From Syntrophales bacterium (GTDB lineage: Bacteria > Desulfobacterota > Syntrophia > Syntrophales > UBA2210): a stretch of 64,000 bases of DNA. The first letter of the stretch is position 1. Every line of letters begins with the position of its first letter. This document shows, piece after piece, positions 30,432 to 40,588 of this stretch. The stretch lies in NCBI GenBank assembly GCA_963662405.2, contig CAXXKT010000001.1:1760001-1824000 (forward strand). The letters run 5' to 3'. The position numbers and the translations under genes are program-made. The notes under the pieces are model-generated. The model was not told the DNA's origin. It worked only from the letters and a program-made list of their open reading frames with translations, and searched no databases.

Positions 30432-31613
30432 ATGAGACATGCAGCACGGGTCGTGATCATTCTGTCGTTCATCCTTTTTGGGGCGGATACCGGCTCTTCC
30501 GAGGAGACATCCCTGACCCTCCCCACCGCCGATTCCACCAGCAGCTTCAGGGTGTACAATAGCGCTTCGGCCAATCTGTTCACGGTGAGGGGCGATCTTA
30601 AAGTGGGGATCAGGCAGCCGAATCCGCGCGCCGAGCTTGAGGTCGGGGGGACCGACGGCATCCTCTGCACCGGGACCATGAACAGCGGCACGGTCCGGGC
30701 CCTGGGGGCCGGCGTGCGGTTTCACTGGTATCCGCGGAAGGGGGCCTTCCGGGTGGGAATGGCCGAGAGCTCGTACTGGGACGACAACGGGACATCGACC
30801 CCGAACCTGGCCCTCTATTCCATTGCCATGGGATACCAGCCGCGGGCGACGGGGGTCGCCTCCACCGCCATCGGCGCGTACAACCGAGCGACAGGGGATT
30901 ACTCGCTGGCCCTGGGTTCGTATAACCAGGCCACCGCTTCCCACGCCGTCGCCATCGGGACCCAGGCCTTTGCCACCGGGATCTACTCTTTTGCCCTGGG
31001 CTGCGGCGCCGACACCAACGGCAAGGACGGCTCTTTCGTCATCGGGGATGATACGTATTTCCAGACGGCATACGCCAGCAACGACAATCAGCTCACCATG
31101 CGCTTCTCCGGGGGGACCGTGGCTGACGATTCCTCCGCCCCTGATTACGTCGCGGGCGAGCGGAAAGCCTACCGGTTCTGGACGTCCTATCCTGACTGTG
31201 CCGCAGGCGTCTACATGAACCACGGCGACAGTTCGTGGCGCTCCTATTGCAGCCGGGACCTCAAGGAGAATTTCGCGCCGGTGGACGGCGAGGAACTCCT
31301 CGGCAAGATCCGTGATCTCCCCGTTACGCAGTGGAACTACAAGGCGGTGGACCCCTCCGTGAAGTTCATCGGTCCCGTGGCGGAGGATTTCTGGGACGCC
31401 TTCCGGCTCGGCGGGACCGATAACAAGGGGATCAGCAACTTTGCCATCGCCGGGGTGAATATGGCCGGGGTGAAGGCCCTTGAGAAGCGGACCGGGGACA
31501 TGAAGGAAGAAATGGCGGAGATGAAGGGGGAGATCGATCGGTTGCGGGCCGAGATCGCGTCCCTCAGGGCTCAGCTCGCCGCCGCCTGCGGCCCCCGTCT
31601 CGCGGCGCGGTAG
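30432..31613 (+). CDS. Secreted tail-fibre-like protein with YadA-head-like repeats and a peptidase S74 (intramolecular chaperone) domain
   Basis: Signal peptide; 14-aa S.A.G repeats; [31 protein letters not shown]-terminal coiled coil. Confidence 0.85.
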   Translation: MRHAARVVIILSFILFGADTGSSEETSLTLPTADSTSSFRVYNSASANLFTVRGDLKVGIRQPNPRAELEVGGTDGILCTGTMNSGTVRALGAGVRFHWYPRKGAFRVGMAESSYWDDNGTSTPNLALYSIAMGYQPRATGVASTAIGAYNRATGDYSLALGSYNQATASHAVAIGTQAFATGIYSFALGCGADTNGKDGSFVIGDDTYFQTAYASNDNQLTMRFSGGTVADDSSAPDYVAGERKAYRFWTSYPDCAAGVYMNHGDSSWRSYCSRDLKENFAPVDGEELLGKIRDLPVTQWNYKAVDPSVKFIGPVAEDFWDAFRLGGTDNKGISNFAIAGVNMAGVKALEKRTGDMKEEMAEMKGEIDRLRAEIASLRAQLAAACGPRLAAR

Positions 31614-31684
31614 CACGAACCGGGCGGGTTCGCCCTGCGATAAAGGCATATGCACACCGAACAGACACGAGGAAAAGACGGCTT

Positions 31685-34600
31685 GTGAAAAAGATACCCT
31701 TCGTCTTTGCCGCATTCCTGATGTTCCTATGGATCGTCCCGTCGGTCGGCGCGGACGGCCTGTCGATCTGCTCAGGCACGGTATTTTCGCTCGGCTCTTC
31801 CACATTCAGCCTGAGCGGCGACTGGTGCAACGCCGGGATCTTTACGGCAGGCTCGGGGACGGTTGTCTTCAACGGAGCGAGCGGTAACCAGACCATCACC
31901 GATCCATCCGGTGAGACCTTCTATCATATGACGGTGAGCAAGACAGTCGGCGACGTCCTCCTGTATACGGATGTAACCGTCAACGGGACACTCACCGTTA
32001 CCGGCGGAGACGTCGACCTGAACGGGCATGTCCTGACGCTGCATGGCTCCGGGCTGGTGAGCGAATCGGATGGCGCCACGGTCAAGGGGACGTCCGGTTA
32101 CATCACCACCACACGGGATCTCGATGCGCCGGCCGGCGTCGATGTGGCGGGGATGGGGGCGGTCATTACGTCGTCGGCCGACCTGGGGGGCACGACGATC
32201 CGGAGAGGACACGCTCCGCAGACGGGGGGTGGAAACAGCTCCATCCTCAGGTATTACGATATCACGCCCACCAATAATGCCGGTCTCGATGCGACATTGG
32301 TTTTTCATTATGATACCTCGGAACTCAACGGTCTGACGGAGGGTAACTTTGCGCTCTTTCAGTCGACCGACGGCGGGACCACCTGGACCAACCGGGGGGG
32401 GACCGTGGCGGCCGAGAGCAATACGGTGACAAGGACAGGCATTGCCGGTTTTTCGAGGTGGACACTCGGGGATGAGGACGATCCGCTTGACGCCCCCGAT
32501 ATGGATGTTCGGGGGAAGGGGGTGTCCATCTCGGACGGCGATACCACGCCCGGCACGGCGGATGACACGGATTTCGGATCGACAGGCCTTGCCGGCAGCA
32601 TCACCCATCCCTTCACCATTGCGAACATCGGTACGGATACCCTGACCCTCACCGATCCGTCTCCCTCCGTGTCGATCTCGGGGACCCATGCCGGGGACTT
32701 CTCGGTGACCTCCATCCCTTCCACCAGTATTGCGGCAGGAGGCGGGACCACGACCTTTGCCGTCACCTTTACACCGGGCGCACTGGGGGTGCGCGAGGCG
32801 ACCGTCGGCATCGCCAGCAACGATTTCGATGAGAACCCCTATGACTTTGCCATACAGGGGACCGGGATCGCCTTCCCTGTGGTGACGACCCAGGCAACAT
32901 CGGATGTTGCCACGACAACGGCGACGGGGAACGGGACCATCGTGAACCTGGGATATCCGAATCCCACGCAGCATGGTGTCTGCTGGGGCACGTCGGCAGA
33001 TCCCACCACGGCGGATAGCAAGACAGAGAAAGGCGCGACCGGTTCAACCGGTGCGTTCACGAGCGGCATGACGGGCCTGAGCCCGAGCGCGACCTATCAC
33101 TGCCGCGCCTATGCGACCAATACCATGGGGACCGGGTACGGTGAGGATGTAACCTTCTCCACCCTGCCGGATCCACCGAGCACCCCGGACCTGCATATAG
33201 ACAGCGACACGGGGACCTCCGGTACCGACAACATCACCAACGACGCGACCCCCACCTTTGCCGGGACGGCAGAGGCCCATGCCACGGTGACGGTGATTTC
33301 CAGCATCGACGGGACCCTGGGCACCACGACGGCCGACGGTGCTGGGGACTGGAACTATATACCCGGTGCGGTTCTCACCGAGGGGACGCACAGCATGACA
33401 GCAACCGTCACCAACACCACGACGGGCAAGACCTCGGCTGCCTCCTCGGCCCTGTCGATCACCATCGACACCACGGCACCAACGGTCCCTCAGGAACCGA
33501 CGGGCGGCCTGGACGTATTCGAGAACGCGACGACCGGCACGAGTGCCGGCACGGTGACCAGTACCGATGCGGCGACCGTTACCTGGTCCCTCGATGCCGA
33601 CGGAGACGGCCGCTTCGGCATCAACGCCGGGGCCGGTGAGGTCACCGTCCAGGCGGGGGCGACCTTCGACACCGAGACCGAGCCTACAATAATCATCACC
33701 GTGCGCGCCACCGACACGGCGGGGAACGCTTCGACCGCCGCACTTACCGTTGACATCGGCAACGTCAACGAACCGCCGGTGATCGGCGGCGTATTCGGCG
33801 ACACCTCTTCCCAGGTAATAGCCGGATCCGGGGCCCAGAACGTTACAGGGCTCGACGACGCGACCGTGAGTGATGCCGACTCCGTCGATATGAACGGCGG
33901 CATCCTGACGATCACGCAGTCCGGCGGAACAACGAACGGCAGCTGGGGCGTCGACGGGACGATCGCCACCTCGGGGGGTGACGACACCGTGGCCACGGGT
34001 GAGACCATCGCCGTGGGGGGGATTGCGGTCGGCACGGTACACGCAACCGACAACGGCCAGGGGGGCAACTCCCTGCGCATCGGTTTTACGACAGCCGACG
34101 CCACCCCGGCCCGGATCCAGACCCTGCTGCGGACCCTGACCTATGCGGCGCCCACCGTTCTCGACACCCGCACCTTCACCCTGACCCTGAACGACAACGA
34201 CGGCACCGCCGACGGGGGTGACCAGGACACCGCCGGCGCCTTCACCATAACGATCACCTCCAACCCGCCGGTCGTCTCCAACCTGAACGGCGACGGCGTC
34301 ACGACGCGGATCACCATCTCCGTCAATATCGATGATGGAAGGGATGCAAGCGTAAGCGATCCGGACAACGTCGACTTCGATACCGGCAATCTGCTGATTA
34401 CGGCATCCGGTGTTGCCGGCAATTTCGAGGTGGACGGCACCGGTGTGACCTCCGGAGGAGATGCGACCATTGCCGCCGGTGAGACGGTCTCAGTAGGCGG
34501 CGCTGCCATCGGTATCGTCGGAAACGACGGCCAGGGGGGCAATGATCTGCGGATCGACTTCAACGGTAACGCCACCCCGTTGCTGGTACAGACCTTTATC

Positions 34601-35968
34601 CGAGACCTCATATGGACCAGCAGTAATCCGGGAACAGCCACCTTCGGTCTGACTGTTACCGATGCCGGGGCGAGCGGGGCGACGAGCACGGCCTGTTCCT
34701 TCACTGTCACGGCGATCGCTCCCGAGATGGATGTCCGGGGGAACGGGGTGTCCATACCGGATGGCGACACCACCCCCGACACGGCGGACGATACGGACTT
34801 CTCGTCAGGCCTTACCAGCGGCAGCATCACCCATACCTTCACCATTGCGAATACCGGCACAGATACCCTGACCCTCACCGGTCCGTCTCCCTTCGTATCG
34901 ATTGGCGGGACCCATGCGGCGGACTTCTCGGTGACCTCCGTACCGTCTGACAGTCTGGCGGGAGGGGGGGGGATCACGACCTTTGCCATCACCTTTACCC
35001 CCCCGAGTGTCGTGGGGGTGCGAGCGGCGACGGTCAGTATTGCCAACAACGATTCCGATGAGAATCCCTATGATTTTTCCATACAGGGGACCGTTCTGCC
35101 CGATGTCACTATCTCGGGGACGGTGACGGACGGAGTGAACCCCATTGAAGGTGCGACGATCACCTTCTCCCACAACGGGCACACGGAGCAGACCACCGCC
35201 GACGGGACCTACTCGTATGTTGTCTCCGCCGCGATCACGACGACCGTGACCCCCTCCCATCCGGGGTACGCCACGTGGGACCCGGCAAACCGAGAGATTT
35301 CCAACATCCTGGCCGACCAGCCCGGGCAGGACTTCACCGCCACCTCAGATTCGGACGGTGTTCCAACGACGGAGGAAAACGGTCCGGACGGGACCGATCC
35401 TGCCTATGACGGGAACAGCGACGGCATTCCCGATGGCAACCAGCCTCATGTGGCCTCATTCCATACGGCGGACGGAGAGAACTATGTCACCCTTGCCGCC
35501 CCGGACGGGACACTGCTCTCGGGTGTTCAGGCCCTCCCGGAGCCGGTTTACGGGATGTTTTCGAGTCGTATCTGTTTCCCCTACGGCCTGTTCCGGTTTA
35601 CCATCACCGGTGTGACGCTGGGGGGAGCGGCGGAGGTGCGGCTTTTCCTCTCCGGTGAGACGACGATGGAGTCATACTGGCGATACGGTCCGGAGCCGGG
35701 CAATGTCTCGCCGCATGCCTATGAGTTCATGCTGTCAGGGGAGACGGGTGCCGAGATTGCAGGGAACGTGGTAACCCTGCACTTCATCGACGGCCAGCGG
35801 GGGGACGATGATCTTGACGGCGGAAACGGGGTGATCGTCGACGACGGCGGCCCCACCGCTCCCGCTCCGGTAATTCCCGTTCTCACAAAGAGTGGAATAG
35901 TCGTCTTTGTGATTCTCCTGTCCGTCTGTGCCTGCCTGCTGATGCGGGCACAGAAACGGTCGGTGTAG
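31685..35968 (+). CDS. Large modular surface protein (1427 aa): 2x choice-of-anchor D, FN3-like, Ig-like, cadherin-like, choice-of-anchor U-like, IPTL-CTERM-like tail
   Basis: Signal peptide; YHCRAYATN (FN3), [15 protein letters not shown] (Ig-like), FDTET..VRATD..NVNEPP (cadherin); [10 protein letters not shown] + TM + KR. Confidence 0.9.
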   Translation: MKKIPFVFAAFLMFLWIVPSVGADGLSICSGTVFSLGSSTFSLSGDWCNAGIFTAGSGTVVFNGASGNQTITDPSGETFYHMTVSKTVGDVLLYTDVTVNGTLTVTGGDVDLNGHVLTLHGSGLVSESDGATVKGTSGYITTTRDLDAPAGVDVAGMGAVITSSADLGGTTIRRGHAPQTGGGNSSILRYYDITPTNNAGLDATLVFHYDTSELNGLTEGNFALFQSTDGGTTWTNRGGTVAAESNTVTRTGIAGFSRWTLGDEDDPLDAPDMDVRGKGVSISDGDTTPGTADDTDFGSTGLAGSITHPFTIANIGTDTLTLTDPSPSVSISGTHAGDFSVTSIPSTSIAAGGGTTTFAVTFTPGALGVREATVGIASNDFDENPYDFAIQGTGIAFPVVTTQATSDVATTTATGNGTIVNLGYPNPTQHGVCWGTSADPTTADSKTEKGATGSTGAFTSGMTGLSPSATYHCRAYATNTMGTGYGEDVTFSTLPDPPSTPDLHIDSDTGTSGTDNITNDATPTFAGTAEAHATVTVISSIDGTLGTTTADGAGDWNYIPGAVLTEGTHSMTATVTNTTTGKTSAASSALSITIDTTAPTVPQEPTGGLDVFENATTGTSAGTVTSTDAATVTWSLDADGDGRFGINAGAGEVTVQAGATFDTETEPTIIITVRATDTAGNASTAALTVDIGNVNEPPVIGGVFGDTSSQVIAGSGAQNVTGLDDATVSDADSVDMNGGILTITQSGGTTNGSWGVDGTIATSGGDDTVATGETIAVGGIAVGTVHATDNGQGGNSLRIGFTTADATPARIQTLLRTLTYAAPTVLDTRTFTLTLNDNDGTADGGDQDTAGAFTITITSNPPVVSNLNGDGVTTRITISVNIDDGRDASVSDPDNVDFDTGNLLITASGVAGNFEVDGTGVTSGGDATIAAGETVSVGGAAIGIVGNDGQGGNDLRIDFNGNATPLLVQTFIRDLIWTSSNPGTATFGLTVTDAGASGATSTACSFTVTAIAPEMDVRGNGVSIPDGDTTPDTADDTDFSSGLTSGSITHTFTIANTGTDTLTLTGPSPFVSIGGTHAADFSVTSVPSDSLAGGGGITTFAITFTPPSVVGVRAATVSIANNDSDENPYDFSIQGTVLPDVTISGTVTDGVNPIEGATITFSHNGHTEQTTADGTYSYVVSAAITTTVTPSHPGYATWDPANREISNILADQPGQDFTATSDSDGVPTTEENGPDGTDPAYDGNSDGIPDGNQPHVASFHTADGENYVTLAAPDGTLLSGVQALPEPVYGMFSSRICFPYGLFRFTITGVTLGGAAEVRLFLSGETTMESYWRYGPEPGNVSPHAYEFMLSGETGAEIAGNVVTLHFIDGQRGDDDLDGGNGVIVDDGGPTAPAPVIPVLTKSGIVVFVILLSVCACLLMRAQKRSV
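35105..35968 (+). repeat. C-terminal cassette copy 2 (864 nt)
   Basis: Collinear with 29186..30049; differences are largely at third codon positions in the stretch compared. Confidence 0.9.
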
Positions 35969-36013
35969 AGGCAGATTGTGGTAATAATGGTCGTACCAGA
36001 TGATAGAGACAGA

Positions 36014-36044
36014 AACGGCGCAGCCTTTTTGGGGCTGCGCCGTT
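36014..36044. terminator. Hairpin between convergent genes (possible bidirectional terminator)
   Basis: AACGGCGCAGCC-N7-GGCTGCGCCGTT, perfect 12-bp stem. Confidence 0.7.
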
Positions 36045-36087
36045 CGGTGTTTATCGACGAGATATCATGAAATATCGTACGTTATTG

Positions 36088-36795
36088 CTACTTATGTAAC
36101 TTTCTTCTGCTCAAACCCGCGAGACCGGCCAGACCGAATCCCAGGAGGAGCATCGTCCCCGGTTCGGGTACGGGCTCTCCCCCTGTGGGTGTGTAATCGT
36201 AGGCAACCACTACGCTTCCCGAATAGGTGCTCGGGTCGTATTGTACGGAGACCTCATCACCATCAAAGGAAATATCCGGATCGTTCGAAACATGGAACGT
36301 ATAAGTGCCGGTGCCGATGTAATAGGATATGAGAGAGCTGTCAACCGTTCCGATGGTGGAATCGATAAATTGCTCACCGCCGAAGCTCGTCGATGCGCCG
36401 TCGGCAAGTCCGTAGGTGTAGCTCTCGGAACCCGTTAATTCATCACCCTGCGATCCGATGTAGGTGTTAGAGGGGAAACCAACTGCGGAAATAAGATACG
36501 GTGTGCCGGATGAGGTCAACTCTGAGGTCATTGTGTATGTCGCCGTCCCCGAGGCATAGGCACCGGTGTTGTTGGTCAAGTCAAAGCCCCCGGTAGTCAC
36601 GTCCATGGAAAAGGTGACGGTTATGCTGTTCAGTGTCCCGAGCGACGAATCAAAATAGTTAAACGTCAAGTCTTCGTTGGCGCTGCTGAAGGTGTCGCTG
36701 GTCTCCAGTATCGTCGCCATCCCCGATGGGACCCACAGGAAGGTTACCATCCCGGCCACCATCAACATACACGCCAAACGTTTTAATGTCTTCAT
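36088..36795 (-). CDS. PEP-CTERM sorting-domain protein (choice-of-anchor E-like)
   Basis: Signal peptide; FDSSLGTLNSI; C-terminal PVPEPGTMLLLGFGLAGLAGLSRRK. Confidence 0.92.
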   Translation of the reverse strand: MKTLKRLACMLMVAGMVTFLWVPSGMATILETSDTFSSANEDLTFNYFDSSLGTLNSITVTFSMDVTTGGFDLTNNTGAYASGTATYTMTSELTSSGTPYLISAVGFPSNTYIGSQGDELTGSESYTYGLADGASTSFGGEQFIDSTIGTVDSSLISYYIGTGTYTFHVSNDPDISFDGDEVSVQYDPSTYSGSVVVAYDYTPTGGEPVPEPGTMLLLGFGLAGLAGLSRRKLHK

Positions 36796-36929
36796 GATAA
36801 ACCTCGCTTTGCTTTGCAACAAACTGCGTAAATTTCACTTCTCATTTTAAAAGAAGTCTAATGATTCTCACCAAATCAGTCAATACGAAAGGGAGCTTAA
36901 TATGTACGTATTTTTTAGGTAATTTCACC

Positions 36930-36974
36930 TACGCAAAAAGTAGTAAAAAAAACACCTCTAGTACTTTTTGCGTA
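36930..36974. promoter_or_regulatory. Perfect 13-bp inverted repeat upstream of PEP-CTERM gene
   Basis: TACGCAAAAAGTA-N19-TACTTTTTGCGTA. Confidence 0.55.
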
Positions 36975-37016
36975 TTCGCTTTCCCCGTCTCCTCTTTTTC
37001 GATTCCGGCTCTTGTT

Positions 37017-37349
37017 CTACATTTCTGCGGGCGTAATCCGGTATTTCTTATCGAAACAGATCGCCATGCCCTGCTTCCCCGTCCGGATCACCGCCCCCTT
37101 CACCCTGATCTTCGCCTTTTTCCCCTTGACCTTCTTCAGCTCGTCGAGGGGGAGTACCAGATCCACCTGCATCTGGGTCCCCACGGGGAGCGGCGTATCG
37201 GTATAGAAAAAGGCGCCGCCCGCGGAGATATCGCTGGTGATCGCATCCAGTGAGCCGTTCTCAGCCCCGTTCCCGTTGTCGTTGACAACAATACGGGCGG
37301 GGAGCTTGAGAGAAAACCGTTCCAGCTTTCTTTTTCCGAATTCAGGCAT
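37017..37349 (-). CDS. Stand-alone PilZ domain protein
   Basis: RKLER (RxxxR) and DISAGG (DxSxxG) c-di-GMP motifs. Confidence 0.88.
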   Translation of the reverse strand: MPEFGKRKLERFSLKLPARIVVNDNGNGAENGSLDAITSDISAGGAFFYTDTPLPVGTQMQVDLVLPLDELKKVKGKKAKIRVKGAVIRTGKQGMAICFDKKYRITPAEM

Positions 37350-37570
37350 CTGTATGCATCCCTTAAGTGGAAGACCGGGCTTGTGATTTCTCGGCGGCAT
37401 ATCCCGTTTGCCTTGGTTGCACTGTAGCAAGTCGATTCCGTCAATTCAATACGAAAAGGGTCTGATTTTTATCTCATCATTCCGGTGTCAACAGGTACGA
37501 CAAAGGGGCTATGCCGATCTGTTTCGTTATTGATGAAGGTTTTGCCGGGACCTGGTGAAGGTCTGATGGG

Positions 37571-38254
37571 TTACAGATACTTCGCCACCCACAACATCGC
37601 TTGGAGGCGATTGGTGGTGTTGATCTTCTTGTAGATGTTGTAGATATGGGTTCTGACCGTATGGGGGCTGATAGAGAGATCGCTCGCTATGTCCTCATTG
37701 CTGGCGCCGGACGCGATCCCGACGAGGATCTCCTTTTCCCGTGAGGTCAGGATGTCGGCGGCCGCAAGGGAGGCTGCGCTCCCCTTTCCGGGTTCCATGA
37801 TCCGCTTGGAGAGTGCCTTTCTCGAATACCACATCTCGCCGTCCAGCATGGCCTTGACACCCCGGGGAAACATCTCCAGTGAGTCGCCCTGGTAAAAAAT
37901 CCCATGAATGTCCCGGTCCATGATTTCCCGTTCTTTCCCCGTCTTTCCGTCAAGGTTGAAGAGGGCGATACAGGTGGTGGTCGGATGGATGGTCGGATTC
38001 CGCTCAATCATCGCCCAGAGGTGCCCCAGGTCGGTCCCCCGGCAGTCAAAGAGGAAGAGTGATTGGGAGAGTGAATCGACCGTGGCGGTCTCCCCGTTGG
38101 GATCGGTCGTGAAGGTGCACACAAGACCCGTTTCCTGTTCGAGAAAGCGTGCCAGGAGTTCGTTCTGCAGCGTATTGGGGCCAACAATGATGACCCGCGG
38201 TCCTGCCGTGTCCTGTTTGTTTAAGGCCTTCCTGTTCAAGTTTTCGATTACCAT
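37571..38254 (-). CDS. LuxR-family regulator, CsgD/VpsT-like
   Basis: Degenerate receiver domain, GEMWYSRK, HTH LTSREKEIL..GASNEDIA..ISPHTVRTHIYNIYKKI..NRLQAMLW; start uncertain. Confidence 0.88.
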   Translation of the reverse strand: MVIENLNRKALNKQDTAGPRVIIVGPNTLQNELLARFLEQETGLVCTFTTDPNGETATVDSLSQSLFLFDCRGTDLGHLWAMIERNPTIHPTTTCIALFNLDGKTGKEREIMDRDIHGIFYQGDSLEMFPRGVKAMLDGEMWYSRKALSKRIMEPGKGSAASLAAADILTSREKEILVGIASGASNEDIASDLSISPHTVRTHIYNIYKKINTTNRLQAMLWVAKYL

Positions 38255-38479
38255 CCACTGCGGCGCGACCGATCGGATACGCTCCCGGTCGGTAGAGTAT
38301 CCCCACATTTTCCCTTGCGCATCCTTTTATATTCACGGAGAAAATACGAATATCACCATGCCCGCCGTATGTCAAATGCAGATTGCACCGTGGGATGCCG
38401 ATCTCACCCAATTCACCTCCGGAGCGAAGATAAAGATGATTTCCCATTGGTTCGTTTCGTCCTAGTTTCCCGAAATCCA

Positions 38480-38507
38480 TTGACAATTATTAAGACATGT
38501 GTAGTAT
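38480..38507 (+). promoter_or_regulatory. Candidate sigma70 promoter
   Basis: TTGACA-N16-TAGTAT upstream of MFS gene. Confidence 0.5.
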
Positions 38508-38755
38508 CAAGCAGTCCGCGTTTGAGCGGGAACGATGATCGCCCTTTGGAGGGAGACTCGGGAAAACGATCCGGTCGACGGGGAGGGACTCAACCGGACC
38601 TGCGACGATTGCGGAAGACCGATGAAGATCTGCAGTATCCGGACGATTATGGAAAAATCCTTTCCGCCGGGATGGATAACGGTGGTCCTGATCAACCGGG
38701 ACCAGGGGCTGTGACGTACCTGTGATACCCCGGGGGAGAATCGAGGTGCTGTGTC

Positions 38756-40051
38756 ATGGAGCGTGACAACCGGAAGTCGATTATCAGCTGGGCCTTGTAC
38801 GACTGGGGGAACTCGGCCTTTGCCACGACGGTGATGGCTGCCTTTTTCCCCATCTTCTTCAAGCAGTTCTGGAGCGCTGGGGTCGATCCCGTCGTGAGCA
38901 CGGCAAAGCTCGGCATGGCGAATTCGATTGCCGGGATGGTGGTGGCGCTCTGCGCCCCCGTCCTGGGGGCCATCGCCGACCGGGGCGGGGCGAAAAAAAG
39001 GTTCCTTTTCTTTTTCGCTTTTATGGGCGTGGTGATGACGGCCTCTCTCTTTATGGTCTCGCAAGGAAACTGGATTACGGCCATCGCCGTCTATGTCCTG
39101 GCGACGATAGGTTTCTCGGGGGGGAATATCTTCTACGATTCACTTCTCCCGGAGATCGCGTCGGATAAGAAGATGGACTTCGTCTCCGCACTGGGTTTCT
39201 CGCTGGGGTATCTCGGGGGCGGTCTTCTCTTCGCCCTCAATGTGACGATGACCCTCAAGCCGGCCCTGTTCGGACTCGCCGACGCGGGGGAGGCCGTGCG
39301 TATCTCATTCCTTACCGTTGCCGCCTGGTGGGCACTCTTCTCGATCCCCGTCTTTCTCTTCGTCAAAGAACCGATCGGAGAGGAGGGTATCGCGGCGGGG
39401 GCCGCCGTCACGGCGGGGCTTCGCCAGCTCCGACGGACATTCGCTGAGATCCGGCACCTGCGGGTGATCTTCCTCTTTCTCATCGCCTACTGGCTCTATA
39501 TCGACGGCGTCGATACGATCATCCGGATGGCCCTCGATTACGGGATGTCGATCGGGTTCGACTCCAACGACCTGATCCTGGCACTCCTCATCACCCAGTT
39601 CGTGGGGTTCCCGTCGGCGATCGCCTTCGGATACATGGGGGGGAAAATCGGGACCAAACGTTCCATCTACATCGCCATCGCAGTCTACCTCTGCGTCACG
39701 ATCTATGCCTCCTTCATCACCCGTGCCTTCGAATTCTACGTCCTCGCCATTGTCATCGGGCTGGTCCAGGGGGGAATCCAGGCCCTGAGCCGGTCCCTGT
39801 ACGCCCGGATGATACCGGTCGAAAAGTCGGGTGAATTTTTCGGGTTCTACAACCTCATCGGCAAGTTTTCCGTGGTGGCGGGGCCGATCTTCATCGGTGT
39901 CACGGCCCTCCTGGTCAGGGCGATGGGGTATTCGAGCGACGTCGCCTCCCGCGTGAGTATCACCTCGATCGCGATCCTCTTCGTGGCGGGGGGTATCTTG
40001 CTGTATTTTGTCGATGAGGAGACCGGCAAGAAAGAGGCACGCTATCTCTGA
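38756..40051 (+). CDS. MFS transporter (UMF1/ATG22-like)
   Basis: SWALYDWGNSAF, FYDSLL, QALSRS, EFFGFY. Confidence 0.88.
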   Translation: MERDNRKSIISWALYDWGNSAFATTVMAAFFPIFFKQFWSAGVDPVVSTAKLGMANSIAGMVVALCAPVLGAIADRGGAKKRFLFFFAFMGVVMTASLFMVSQGNWITAIAVYVLATIGFSGGNIFYDSLLPEIASDKKMDFVSALGFSLGYLGGGLLFALNVTMTLKPALFGLADAGEAVRISFLTVAAWWALFSIPVFLFVKEPIGEEGIAAGAAVTAGLRQLRRTFAEIRHLRVIFLFLIAYWLYIDGVDTIIRMALDYGMSIGFDSNDLILALLITQFVGFPSAIAFGYMGGKIGTKRSIYIAIAVYLCVTIYASFITRAFEFYVLAIVIGLVQGGIQALSRSLYARMIPVEKSGEFFGFYNLIGKFSVVAGPIFIGVTALLVRAMGYSSDVASRVSITSIAILFVAGGILLYFVDEETGKKEARYL

Positions 40052-40084
40052 TGAAGGTCCGGCGGGGACACCGGTGAGGGAACG

Positions 40085-40477
40085 ATGACGGATTCAGTCC
40101 TTCTGCAGAAGGTCAGGCGTGAGCCCTACGCCGCCTCTCTCGGGATCCGGGTCGATGCCGTCGAGGAGGGGTATGCCTCCTGCTCGGTAACCGTCACGGG
40201 GGAGATGCTCAACTTCCTCGGGGTCGTTCACGGAGGGCTCATCTTCAGCCTGGCCGATGTGGCCTTCAGCGCCGCCTCGAACAGCGACCATTTCCCCTCG
40301 TACGCCCTCGACGTAAGCGGCTCATTCCTCCGGGCACCCCAGGTCGGTGACGTCCTTACCGCCGAGGCCCGGCGGGAGCACGGCACGAAACGGACGGGTG
40401 TGTACCGGATCGAGGTCACCGGCGGTGATGAGCTGATCGCGACCTTCAACGGGACGGTGTTCAGGAAACGGTTTTGA
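40085..40477 (+). CDS. PaaI-family hotdog thioesterase
   Basis: LNFLGVVHGGLIFSLAD motif. Confidence 0.88.
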   Translation: MTDSVLLQKVRREPYAASLGIRVDAVEEGYASCSVTVTGEMLNFLGVVHGGLIFSLADVAFSAASNSDHFPSYALDVSGSFLRAPQVGDVLTAEARREHGTKRTGVYRIEVTGGDELIATFNGTVFRKRF

Positions 40478-40588
40478 TGCGGACGTTGTAATCGGACGCC
40501 CGGTGGTTTGTCTTGTACGTCCTCAATGGATCATGATTGCAGGCCTGCGCCACCGGCCATCGAAAACAATTCAAGGGGGGAGAAAGAG

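Noticed and set aside
20780..31613. Prophage, tailocin or contractile injection system
   Set aside because: Only collar and S74 domains are present; no capsid, terminase, sheath, tube, baseplate, lysis or integrase genes, and the fibre has a signal peptide.
30423..35260. Long minus-strand ORFs (e.g. 460, 400, 332, 302 aa) and similar shadows elsewhere
   Set aside because: Antisense shadows of GC-rich genes with no recognisable motifs.
29186..35968. Diversity-generating retroelement template/variable repeat pair
   Set aside because: No reverse transcriptase; both copies are coding, and the differences compared are mostly synonymous rather than adenine-specific.
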